Assembly (NCBI RefSeq): GCF_018977255.1
Contig: NW_024704743.1
Coordinates: 66,280,001-66,344,000, forward strand
Reading direction: 5' to 3'
DNA length: 64,000 bases
Origin: Callorhinchus milii
Taxonomy: Eukaryota
In this document: one piece after another, positions 11,493 to 23,826 of the stretch
Numbering within the stretch: position 1 is the first letter of the stretch
How the letters are laid out: each line of letters begins with the position of its first letter
Notes under the pieces: generated by a model
What the model was told of the DNA's origin: nothing
The model's input: only the letters and a program-made list of their open reading frames with translations
Database searches by the model: none
Translations under genes and position numbers: made by a program

Positions 11493-14368
11493 CAGAAATT
11501 ATTGTGTCCAGAGATAAAAAAAAGAGGAAAATCCTCAAAACTACAAGCCACGGAACCACAAATAGCATATTGGTTATCCAATTATCCTATAAAGAGAATT
11601 CCACAATAGGTGTGAAAACTATCGTCCCATTAAATATAAGCACCTGTTAGTGAGTTCCCTGTGCTATACCTGTGTGACCTGAAGTGGAGACAGTTCTGCT
11701 CAGGGAGCACAGAGCCTGCTGTGGATGAGTTCCAATCGATCGCCCTTGATGCATTCACATCAAAGTGGAGCAGGAGCAGAGGGCAAACGCCACCTGTAGG
11801 TTGGTGTGAAGTTGCTTCCGGAGCCCCATAAGAGTCACTGGGTCTATCCAAACTGCGCTTTGGCATCAATGTGATTTCACCTGGGTTCGTGTATGCTAAT
11901 GTTTAGTTAACAACCCGGCCTTTCGTATTCTTTTGTGCTTCAATCGTTTTGAATTACGGTTTATTTGGGACTTTGCAAAGGAAGCAATCTAACCTCAAAA
12001 TGCTAATCGCTTTTGATAAAGGGGCAATAAATGTCAAGCAAGCTGCTGTTTTCAAGCATGTCAGTAAAACCAGAAATCAAGTGTAATCGCATGTTAACAC
12101 GTCTAGATTTTCTGCATGACTGAGCGTATATGAAACATTTGGTAAACTGGAAACTCGTTTGGAACTTGTGTTAAAAAGGTTTATTAAGAAAGAAGTGTTT
12201 ATTATTTAAGTTATTTATAATGCGGTCATATTTGCACATGTTCAGTACCCAACATGTTCAAATACAGGTATATAACCATATACCAAATCACAGAGATGGT
12301 CGGTCATATTTACAGATAGCTTTAGTGCTTAAGAAATTGCACCTCATTTGGACTTGCTAATTGTTTGTCAATCATCAGGGATTACTTACACATGTTTGCG
12401 GCAATCATAGATAAGGGTAGTTGAAGATGAGTACAAATTGCTGCCATTCAAAATATTGGGGCCAACATTCCTCTGGTCAGAGTGGGAAAACAATAACAGA
12501 ATGTCAGCAGACAATTTGGATAATTTGTCTGTGTTTAGTACTCCTCCAAAATTCCTATCCCTTTGAAACCAATTAAAGGCTTTGAGGTAGGGTATTAAGC
12601 AGGAACTCTTTTATTAAGGTATATGAACAATGGTAAGATCCTTCGACAGGGCACTGTCTTACTATAACATAGATATACTCTGTATCCATGGTAACCGGAA
12701 GTGGCTTCTGGTGTTGACAAGCCACCATCTAGTGCTAAAAACTTGCATATCATCAGGGCACCACTAACATCACTTCTTGTATGCTATGTACATGTGCTAT
12801 GTGCAGGGAGCACTGCTCACATCGCTTTGGGAAAAAAAGTGAGGAGCTATGTACTAACAGTAGCGTCCAATTTTTAACATTGGACTGTGAAATACAATTG
12901 CAATTTCCATCTTTTGGTATTAAAAAAACAGCAAATTATTTTTCTGACAGCCACCAATGTGCGAAAATAAGATGCAGAGCAAAATATAATTTGCCTTCTG
13001 TCTTTTATTTGTTATTGGCTCACGCTGTGAAACCTTATGCAAAGTTCTATAACTACAAAGGTGTCCGTAGGGATTTCACTTTATTAAGATTGTACTTTTA
13101 TTTTATTTTCTCCTTCCTCTTTCCATTTCACTGCTGTTTAGAATAAGATTGATCTGAAAGTGAAAGATTTCATTTTCTTGTAATGTGTGCTGATCTTCTT
13201 GGCCAACTGAAGCATCACTTTTTCCACTCTGCTTTCTTTATTCAGAATCATGATGTTATTCTGAAGGTCGAGAGGAGTTGTAGTATCAGCAGTGATGATC
13301 TCCATTTAATCCTCATTGTCAGCACTCAGATAGAAAAGCATTTTCTAAAGCAATTGCCACATAAACATACAATATAAATAAATTTGTTCGCCTAAAAATA
13401 CACAGTTATTACACTTTAAAGTATATCATTTGAAAAGCTTTGATACGTCTTCCTGATATGAAAGGCGCTAAACAAAACACAAGGCTTATTATTATAATAA
13501 ATATATGAGCATATTGTTTGTTGCCCAAATTCTTCTCCAGACATGGAAGATTGTTTTTAGTTAGCGATACATTACAATGAATCTCGCGCATTCGAGAGTA
13601 TTCAATCCTGAAACTTGCATGAACACATGTAAGGGCCTTGTCTTGCTTGTGAGGAGATGAGTGAAACTTACCTTGTGCCACATTGCGATAGCAGACTCTT
13701 TGTTTGATGGAACAAGCCTATTACATTAAGTCTAGCTTCTAGCAGCTGCAACAATGTTTCAGCAGACAGATTGGATCCTATCCCAAAGTCCTCTATTGTT
13801 CTCTGTTACAACATGTCTGAAGACCTAAGGAAGCCCCCCAGATATATTTGTCAATGTGCTGGCGATGTGTGTGCTAGTGACATTTTGATGGATTTCCCCT
13901 GTGATGTGATGTGCACCTGGCAAAGGTAAACTTCTCCAACTTCATCAGTGCCTTCGATGGGAAAGCAAGACTTAAGCATTGTGCAAGTACAGTAGATTTT
14001 GCTCCTAAAGCAATACTGCCACTCCAAATGAAATTTAGCTCTATGATCTGCCTTGGGGGTCAATTTCTATTTGCTATAATTGATACATGAAATCACAAAA
14101 GGAAAAAGTGACAAAAATCCCAGAGGCCCATCAAGTCCACTTTCGAGATAATTGTATGCCACGTTGGTGTCAACAAAGCAGGAACTTTTCACTAACTGCT
14201 GTAAATAGTGAATAGGAGGCAATGCCCTGAAGCTAATCTGCCTACATCTTCCTGATATGGGAAAAAATTCTCCACGCAACTACCTTATAAAGAAATTATG
14301 GTATATAAGAACTCGACTACTTTCATTCTACCTTATTAAAACCCAATAAATGCAAATGCCACCTTACC

Positions 14369-14697
14369 GGAGTCCTGTAGCTCAGTGGTTAGAGCACTCG
14401 CTTTGCAAGTGAGAGACCTGAGTTCAATTCCAGGCAGGGCGAAACCTTGGGCAAGTTTCCTTACTCCACACGCCTAATAATAATCCCTCCAAAAAACCAA
14501 AAACAATAATTAAATTGGTCATTTTCAATCTACGACTGTTTGTGGGACATTGCTGTGCGCAATTGGCTGCCGCGTTCGCCCACAAATATACAGTCAATTC
14601 ACTTTACAGTGTGTTCTGTGAAGCGCTTTGGGACGTCCTCCCGACGTGAAAAGCGCTATATCAAATGCAAGGATTATTATTATTATTATTATTATTA
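14369..14697 (+). mobile_element. tRNA-derived SINE with Deu-like body and L2-type 3' tail (young copy)
   Basis: A box TAGCTCAGTGG, B box GAGTTCAATTCC, body GCTGTGCGCAATTGGCTGCCGCG, tail GGGACGTCCTCCCGACGTGAAAAGCGCT plus (ATT)n. Confidence 0.88.
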
Positions 14698-16140
14698 CCG
14701 GCTATAGCAAACTTGTTCAGGTTAGCAAAATCGCTTTACTCAAAACCAGCATTCAGCAATCCCGCATGGTGCTGGAATTTCATCAGGACAATTTCAGAAC
14801 CTTCATTAGACTGGTTTTAAATAATTTTTATGACAAGAATAATAATTCTTGCATTTGATAGAATGTTTCTTATGGTGAAATGTCTCAAAACGCTTTACAG
14901 AGTTTTTCTGTAAAGTGTAGTCACTATGTATTTGTACATACATTTGAGCAATGCTAGACTCGTTGATTTCAGCCTTATGTAATGAATCTATGAAAATTCA
15001 TGAATCTAAAGAAACTAATACAATATACACTCCTGAGTCAATATGGAATTACCTCAGATTTTTCAGCTGGATTTGTTGTCACAAGTGGATTGGCACTGAT
15101 TAAATCAGTTTCATCGCACGAAGGGTTAAAGCTACTTATTTAAATGTGCATGTCTTACTGGTGCAACTGATCCATTTCTATCAGCTTAAATCTCTTTTTA
15201 AGATCAATCTTTGACAAAAGTAAAACTTTTCAGGGTTTTTTCTGTTTTTCTTCTTCAGTGTTAGAATTTCAGGAAAGAATAAAGCAAGGAATAAGTCAGG
15301 TGGGTGGGGGAGACAAGTTACTTGAACTAAAATCTGATCTGTTTTGGCAGTTTGTGGCTCTTTAAAGGGTAATGGCCTTCTAAAAATTACAGGATGCTAG
15401 TCACTTTATTATTAACCTTTCAATTTAGCTGACGTGCTATGCATCACATAAAAGAATGGGGGCTGTGTGTTTGACATATTCTACCCTCTGAAGTTGGTTC
15501 CAAAGGAAACTCTTAAAGGTTATTTATGCCAGTGGCGGATCTACCACGGAGATGCACTGAACGCTTCACTTCCACTTCTGTGCTGTGATCCCTACGTTAT
15601 ACATGGATTTTACATTGACATGTCTCATTATTCTGTGGTGGAATCGCCTCAAAGAATAAACAGACACTTCAGATTTCCTCAAATTGGGCACAATCTGACC
15701 TGTCATCCACAAGTGGAACATGTTGCTGGTCAAGGCAAATATCGAGCTTTTCCACCTGATACATCACAAAATGTGCTAAAGTGAATGTTTCTGCATTCCT
15801 ATAAATGTTTGCTTGCCAGTTTTTGCTTTCACAATCAGTAAAAGACAACAGTTATTGTCTGTACCATACTTATTTGCAAACAAACTGTGATATATGAACA
15901 AGTGTAGGTAATTTGGCGGATGATTCTGTTCCACTGTGAAGTCTATGGCAACTCTTGAATTCCATTTCTCATAAATCTTAGGGTCCTTATTCAAGAATCT
16001 ATCTGGTTCTCTCGAATGCCTCAGTTGATTGTATCTATGGCCTTTTAAGACCTAAAGAAACTTTATGTTTGATGGAGTGCCTTATCGCATCATTGAAACA
16101 TCTCAAAGCATTTCACAGGAGTTATTGTTAAATTAACTGT

Positions 16141-16485
16141 AATAATATTAATCCTTGCATTTGATACAGTATCACGTTGTTGGGATGTCTCAAAGGGCTT
16201 CACATGATATATTTTAGAGTCGCTTGACTGTGCATTTTGTGTATTGGCGGAAGCCAATTGGGCACAGCAGTGAGCCACGAACAGTTGTAGTTTGAGTGAC
16301 CACATTTTGTTTTCTCTCTTGGAAGGATTATTATCCCCAGAAAGTGATCCGCCATTCGACTAACAACTGGGTTCCTACTTACTGCTAAGTAAACAGAGGC
16401 CTGTGGAGTAAGGAACCTTGCTGAAGGTTCCGCCCTGCCCGGGAATCGAACCCAGGTGCTCATGCTTACAAGCCGTGGGGACTCC
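16141..16485 (-). mobile_element. Same SINE family copy
   Basis: B box GGGTTCGATTCCC on -, shared body and tail. Confidence 0.78.
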
Positions 16486-18519
16486 ACAACTCGTATATTT
16501 GTAGATGAATGCGCCAACCAAATTGCACACAGAAATGTCTCACAAAAAGTCAGAAAGTGAAGGAAATAAATTTTAGCTGGAGGATATTTAGCTAGGCCAC
16601 CGGGAAAAACTCCCCAGAAGGAAGTTTCCAACAAGCGGCTATTTTAAATTGACAATATATGTCTCTTTGTGTTGTCTTCAAATAAATTGGTTTGCACCAG
16701 TATTGATGTGAAATGTGTGTCATTTTGCTGTGTTCCTTTAACTAAAACTTATTACCTACCAATGTTGGGTTATGCTTCTTCAGTTGACAACAAAAGACCA
16801 TCTCATGCTGCATAATTTTATTTGACAACAAGCTTTTCTATCTATGTTGAGCGAGACCATCACCCCCATTCTCGTTTGGTTACGTTGGCTCCCCATCTCC
16901 CCAGTGGATTGAGTTGAAGATCCTGATTCTCACCTTTAAATCCCTCCACAGATTCATCCCACCGTGAATCTGCACTTTGAATCTGCTTTGTGGATGCAGC
17001 ACTGTGGATGTGAAAGGCGCGATTTAAACTCTATCGTATATTGAAACAAGGAGGCACAGTAGATTGAGAGTTGGCTGTGAGGACCAAGTAACCTGTTTTG
17101 TATAATTTAAAGAAATCTACCAAAATATTTACGTCACAATAATAAAGTTTTTCTTACAGCTTTTCTTTCCCCAACATCTTATCTTGGACCTTTTTTTTTT
17201 AGCTGACTTGTTTCTCTGGCCTCACAGAGCCACACATTGAAGCATAATGATACCATGCTGAGTATCAGCAGGCCTCACAACAGAGTATTGAAATTTATTT
17301 TTAGTTCATCTCTGCTCACTCTTCCATATCACCACTCACTGGTGAGGCTCTGCAGGGAAGAAATTAATTTCAGGAAGGATGTTACTGGTCGGGGCCCAGT
17401 AGTTTGTTGATGGTCGTTGATCCCATTCTCAAACCTATTGGTGCGAACTAAGACCCTACCTGTTATTAGTTTGCAATGTCAAGGTCACTAGCAGAGCAGG
17501 TCACCTCGTCCTGCACGGTCACTTAACCTAATTAAAAATACACGTCCTTTCTTCAATCTCTTTATTTCCCTCATTTCCTTTCCTAATCCTTTATTTTTAT
17601 TTAATGCATGCAGGCATGTAACTTTAATCCCTCGTATCTATTTAATTTAATTTCTTTTTTTTCTCATTTTCTCATCTCATTCATCACTTTATGCATTTAA
17701 GAGAGATTCGCATAACCTAAAAAGCAAGGATGAGAACAAACTGCTGCAAACTATACTGACCTTTTCCCAAGCTATGATCATGAAGATCTCATTTTGACAT
17801 GCACACATCAAATAGGAGAATGAGATAATACATTACACATCTCAACATTTTCTCCTATTTTTACTGTTGCTCTTAATAATAGCCATGATCTGCTCACAGT
17901 ACTTGATCTGAATCTCTGGTATTTATGCTATGTTTCAGTTCCAGTTAGCTTTGTCTATATTTAAGTCATTAATTCTCCACTGGTAACTTAGTATGGACCT
18001 TTATTCATTCACTGTACCCTCCAACATATTTCATATTATTTACACCAACCTAGCAACATCATGTAGAAAATGTGTTGATAATATGCATTTAGGCAATGTT
18101 AATTCAATGTAAATAATTTTAAATATGGATTTAACTCAACAAGAAGTGTTCACTATTGATGCACTAAAGACAAAATTTGGATTGATTATCAATTAAATTA
18201 AGCAACTTTTCTCATCACCAGTACTGTAAAATCCTTAAGGGCAATAATGCTGTCATCAAAGTTGGTGAACCTTAATCCGGCAAAAGGATACACCGTCAAT
18301 ATTATCAAAATTATTTTTGCAGCTACAAATTAAGCATTGCTTTTGAGCTGGGCGAAGTATTGATATGCATATTGGATTGCTCCTTAGTACTTTGTCTGTG
18401 ACTTAAATTGCAAGAAACCATCCAATTATTTGGTTCAGACTAACATAGTCCAGTAAATAGTTTTCCTGATATGAGCCAGTACATTTGCATTCAGAAGATA
18501 ATGTATAATGTATAATCCG

Positions 18520-19145
18520 CCACTCCCACATAGCCTCAAGCCACCAAAAACCTCATTCACACTTCATCACATCTAGGTTCGACTATGCCAACTTGTCGGC
18601 CTTCCCAACTCTTCCCTCCACAAACTGCAGATTATACAGAACTCGGCAGCTCGTGTCCTCTCCTGCACTAGGCTCCATGACCCAATCACCCTCACCGTCG
18701 CCTGGCTACACTGGCTCCCCATCCCCCAAAGGATACAATTCAAAACCTTTGTCCTCACCTTCAAGGCCCTTCACGGCCTTGCCCCTTCCTAATTCTGTAA
18801 CCAGCTGACCCAATATCAATCTGTCTGCTCCCTCCACTCAACAGGCTGCAGCCTGCTCCACGTAACCTGCCCGGCCCGCCCCACCATCGGCAGTTGGGCC
18901 TATAGCTTGTCTGCCCCACCCTTTGTAACTCCATCCCACATTCCCTTCACCTCTCTCCCTCCCCCCCTTGCCTCTTTCCAGATCCGCCTCAAGACCCTCC
19001 TTTTCGATCGTGCCTTCGGCCACCCACCTGCTCTTCACCCTCCCTGATCCCAACCACCCCCATGCTCGGATCCAAATTCTGGAGTGCCCAACGCCTTTGA
19101 GACGTCCTTCCGACGTGAAAGGCGCTATACAAATATAATATTGTA
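18520..19145 (+). mobile_element. L2 3' fragment
   Basis: [27 protein letters not shown]-type sequence and the GACGTCCTTCCGACGTGAAAGGCGCT 3' end. Confidence 0.85.
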
Positions 19146-19710
19146 TTATGGAATGCTGGAACATTCATGTTTGACAGGACAACAAATTTCATGTGCTATT
19201 TGTCTCTTCCCCAGAATGCTGAGTGTGATGATTTCTACCCCACAAAAAAATACAGTCACAAACTTTACAAGATATCCTGAGATGTCTCGATGATGTGACA
19301 CTTGGCATTCTATCAGATGCAAGGATTATTATTACTCATATGGCCATACAGTCACCATCAGTCCAAGAAACCTATACCAGAGGTGATGTGTTCACATTGC
19401 CAAGAGGGGTTAAATGCAACCATAGTCAGTAGCATTTAGGGAAAAGGTATTTTATGGACAAGGCAAACTTCATTTGTTGTCATAATGTTGGTATCAAATC
19501 AATTGCATAACAGCTTACCTATGTACAGGGTGAGTTTTGATGTTTTCGAACAGGATTCCTTGATTTTAAATTTGAAAATGTGTTAGGCTGAGAGGAGTAA
19601 ACTATATTCAGTTGCAACTATTTATTGAACGTAATGCATGAGGTATAATGTGTGTGTTGTACTTTGATTATCAGAGGCACTCATTGGATTTCTTATTGAG
19701 AAATGATTGC

Positions 19711-21125
19711 AAACCTGGGAACTACAGGCCAGTCAGCCTAACATCAGTAGTGGGGAAACTCCTGGAGACTATAATCCGGGACAAAATAAATCTTCACTTA
19801 GAAGAATATGGGTTAATTAGGAACAGTCAGCATGGATTTGTTCAAGACAAATCTTGTCTAACAAATCTAATAGAATTTTTCGATGAGGTAACGGAGAGGG
19901 TGGATAAAGGTAGTGCAGTTGATGTAGTTTATATGGACTTTCAAAAGGCATTTGACAAAGTGCCACATGAAAGACTTGTAAGAAAAATAGAATCCCATGG
20001 TATAAAAGGGACAGTGGCAGCATGGATCCAGAACTGGCTGGGAGACAGAAAGCAGAGAGTTGTGGTGAATGGCTGCTTTTCTGACTGGAGGGAAGTATAC
20101 AGTGGCGTTCCCCAGGGATTGGTGTTAGGACCACTGCTCTTCTTAATATACATAAATGATCTGGACTTGGGTATAGCAAGCACCATTTCCAAGTTTGCGG
20201 ATGACACAAAGTTAGGTAGGGTAGTAAACAGTGAGAAGGATAGTAGCCAACTGCAGGAAGACATAGACAGAATAGTAAAATGGGCAGACACACGGCAGAT
20301 GAGTTTCAATGTGGAGAAATGCGAGGTGATGCAATTTGGAAGAACGAATGAGGGGAGGCAATATAGGCTGGTAATACAATCTTACGGGGGGTGAAAGAAC
20401 AGAGAGACCTGGGGGTGCAGGTAAATGAATCCTTGAAGGTGGCAAGACAGGTAGATAAAGCTGTAAAAAGGGCATATGGGATACTAGGCTTTATAAATAG
20501 GGGCATAGAGTACAAGAGTCAGGAGGTTATGATTAACCTATATAAAACACTGGTTAGGCCTCAGTTAAAATACTGCTCCCAGTTCTGGGCACCACACGTT
20601 TGGAAGGATGTTAAGGCATTGGAAAGGGTGCAGAGGAGATTTACAAGGATGGTACCAGGAATGAGGGACCTTGATTATGAGGAAAGGCTAGAGAGGCTGG
20701 GATTATTCTCATTGGAGAAGAGAAGGTTACGAGGAGACCTAATAGAGGTTTTCAAAATCATGAGGGGATTTGATAGGTTAGAAAGGAAGAAACTGTTTCC
20801 TCTAGTGGGTGTGTCGGTGACTTGAGGTCACAGATTTAAAATAGCTTCTAAAAGAAGCAGAGGGGTGGTGAGAAGAAATGTTTTCATGCAGCGAGTTGTT
20901 CGAATCTGGAATGCATTGCCTGAAAGGGTGGTCGAGGCCAATTCGATAACAACTTTTAAAAACGCGGTGCATGGGTATTTGAGGAGGACGGGTTTGCAGG
21001 GTTATGGGGAAAGGGCTGGGGAGTGGGATTGACATTGCATTGCTCTATTTAAAGAGCCGGCACAGACTCGATGGGCCGAATGGCCTCTTTTTATGCTGTA
21101 CGATTCTATGATTCTACGATTCTAT
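19711..21125 (+). mobile_element. CR1 LINE, 5'-truncated (RT + 3' UTR)
   Basis: PGNYRPVSLTSVVGKLLE, SQHGF, YMDFQKAFDKVPH, SGVPQG, KFADDTKL, LEKRRLRGDLIEVFKI. 3' end GATGGGCCGAATGGCCT followed by (GATTCTAY)n octamer tail. Confidence 0.95.
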
Positions 21126-21294
21126 ATTTGATCCCATTGTGTTCCCTTTTGTGTTTTTCAATGTAAGAATTCCATATGTCTGAATGTGGAATACTTTTTC
21201 TCTTTGACATGCAGACTGACATCCAAGTCAAATAGTAATAATAATCCTTGCATTTGATATAGCGCCTTATTATGTCTTTGAGTGCTTCACAGAA

Positions 21295-21627
21295 TAATAA
21301 TAATCCTTGCATTTGATATAGCGCGTTTCACGTCGGGAGGACGTCCCAAAGCGCTTCACAGAACACACTGTAAAGTGAATTGACTGTATATTTTGTGGGC
21401 GAAATGCAGCAGCCAATTGCGCACAGCAGTGTCTCACAAACAGTCATGGATTGAGTGACTAATTTATTTTTTTTGAAGGAATTATTAACCCCGGAAAATC
21501 AATCTGCCAATTGACTTAATAAGTCGTGTTGAGTAAGGAAACTTGACCATGTTTCACCCTGCCGAGAATCGAACCCAGGTCTCTCGCTTGCGAGGTGAGT
21601 GCTCTAACCACTGAGCTACAGGACTCC
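21295..21627 (-). mobile_element. Same tRNA-derived SINE, full-length copy
   Basis: Reverse complement aligns end to end with 14369-14697. Confidence 0.88.
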
Positions 21628-23826
21628 AAACAGAATAACACTCTTCACTTATTCCCAATCTTATTTGCTGTCAAGTGAATAAGTTTGCTGTGAAGCGCTC
21701 TAGGACACTACCCTGCGCGAAGGCCCTATATAAATGCAAGTTGTTGTAGTCACTGTGTTTGTAGGAGAAACCTTCCCTTACCAATAACCACAATCCTTTT
21801 CGTAATGCCTGCAGTCTTAGGAGAATCTGATTCTAACCTTGTCTTGGTATATTGACAAGTTACTAAGATTCTTCTGCTATCACCTTGTCTGTTGATGCTC
21901 TATATATAGTGGTCTTGAGTGCAATGAAGTACCTGAGAAGCTGACCTTTGGAGAGTGACGTAACTCTGGTCTGTTATATTTTACATTGATGATGAATATA
22001 TTCTGCTGCTCTTATAGTGTATCGCATAGAAATTTCACCTGTGTCTAGTTTTACCGTATTATTGTAACGTTTTAGAACATCCAGGATTTTAAAGCTGCTT
22101 TTCTGTAAATTCTTTTAAGGACTGCAGTAAACAGATTTCAGAGTTAAAACTGAATTGACCAAATGTCCAAATTCTACATTCTCTGAAATGCTACATTAAT
22201 ACAGTAAATCTAGACCCAGGTGGGATTTCACTGCACATGTGTATGTGGGAGGTGAGGTCTACTGATTTCTTCAACTAATTGCTCCTTCACATGTACTTAA
22301 TGTCTTGAATTTTCAACACAACACACGTATTTCCAATTTATTTTACTGCATGAGTTCCTCTGTGCCAAGTCAGGGCTCATGTTATTAATCACATATTATA
22401 CTGGGTAGATTGGATCCAAATCCATGCAATTGTTGACTGGGTTGATGCTTTTGCTGTAATGTCCATGCTTCAATGACCTAAGTATATCTATAGACAAAAG
22501 AAGGCATACATGTGTGGAGTGTAGGCTAAGACCCCAATGGTCACTTTAGCAGGAAATGAAAATTATGTTTTCACAGAATGTAATGCATCACATGTAGCCT
22601 CACTTCTGCAATGTACAGTACATTTTCATTGATATTGTCCTTTATTTAACAATATGTGCATTGCATGCACAGTGTATATGGAAAAAAGTGCAATTGGCTG
22701 GCAACGGTATTACTATTTTTTTTACAGGCATTAGGTTCTCATTTCCTGCTTATTGATGTGTTCAACAGTGAGTGCTCTTGATTCGATGCTTAAATTATTG
22801 CCATCAGTAAATCCAAAATCTGTTGTCGCAAAAACGTAGCACAATCTATATGTGATAGTGGAGCCGAGTTATCACTGCCAAAATGCAATCCCAAAATTAA
22901 GACTTTTAGTTGTTTTGAAGAGTGTCAACATATTTATCACTTGACCTAAAGCATCAAATTCCCCTTACTAAAGCAAATGTTATCTCAATCTCAATTCTGC
23001 TCAAACTGAGGAAAATTAAACTGATGCTCAGTTGATCCACAGTGATGTGTAAATTGTACTGAATTACCATACAAAATGATCCCATGTAAACCAGGTGTGA
23101 ACCATACGGTCTGGAAGCAATTTGCTCTACTTTCAGAGGTAGTTTAGGCAAGATTGTTATAGGATGAATGCAGATGGTGAGAAATAATTTGACTTCTGCT
23201 TATGTCATGCCACCAACATTTCAATCCTATAAAACGCTATCACTGATTAGCAGAACTCAGGCCCTGGGAAAGCAATTCTGAGTGGGAAATATGAATCCAG
23301 TGTCTGATCCAAATGTTCCATCATTTTCAGTAATATAAATCAGACATAAGTAGAAAGGACATATTGTTAGTGCTTAGAGAGAAAACAGGGCAGCTATAGG
23401 TCATTCAACAGTGGACAGCTTGTGGAAGGAACAGCTCAGTACGTGCTGGACTAACATCCTCTGTTTATTGTTTATTTCTATTTTAAATATGTTAGCAATG
23501 GGATTGCACATTTAGAGTGAACCCGATCACTGACATGTACGTCATATTTAGAATCACACTCTTAGATAACAGTGTCAACATTATTTCCTTTTGCATTACA
23601 GGACAACTCCATTTGAAAGATATAAACTGATAAGATGAAAGGTCATTCTCCAGGCCAGTTCGTTTACGTTTCTGTTCAGCTGAGGAAACTTGCCAATGTC
23701 AACAACTGCTTAGGGTTTTCCTATTGTATGACAACCAAAGAGACACCATTCTGTGTTCATTTTTAGTGTTTAGATAAATGCAACACACATTTACTTTACA
23801 TAGCGCCTTTAACATCACATTAAGTC

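Noticed and set aside
13666..13745. Possible minus-strand exon with a strong AAG|GTAAGT donor (other donors near 28360 and 30525)
   Set aside because: Short open frame with no recognisable homology or partner exons; a lncRNA cannot be supported without transcripts.
14369..14445. Possible tRNA-Ala gene
   Set aside because: It is a SINE head: it continues into the SINE body and tail and recurs degenerately at 3.1, 21.6 and 44.3 kb.
14960..15128. piggyBac-like end (AGGGTTAA)
   Set aside because: No matching opposite terminus found.
18240..18420. Homeobox/POU-motif-rich unique stretches (also ~11690-12150 and 22700-22960) resembling conserved enhancers
   Set aside because: Such short motifs are common in AT-rich DNA; cannot be supported without alignments.
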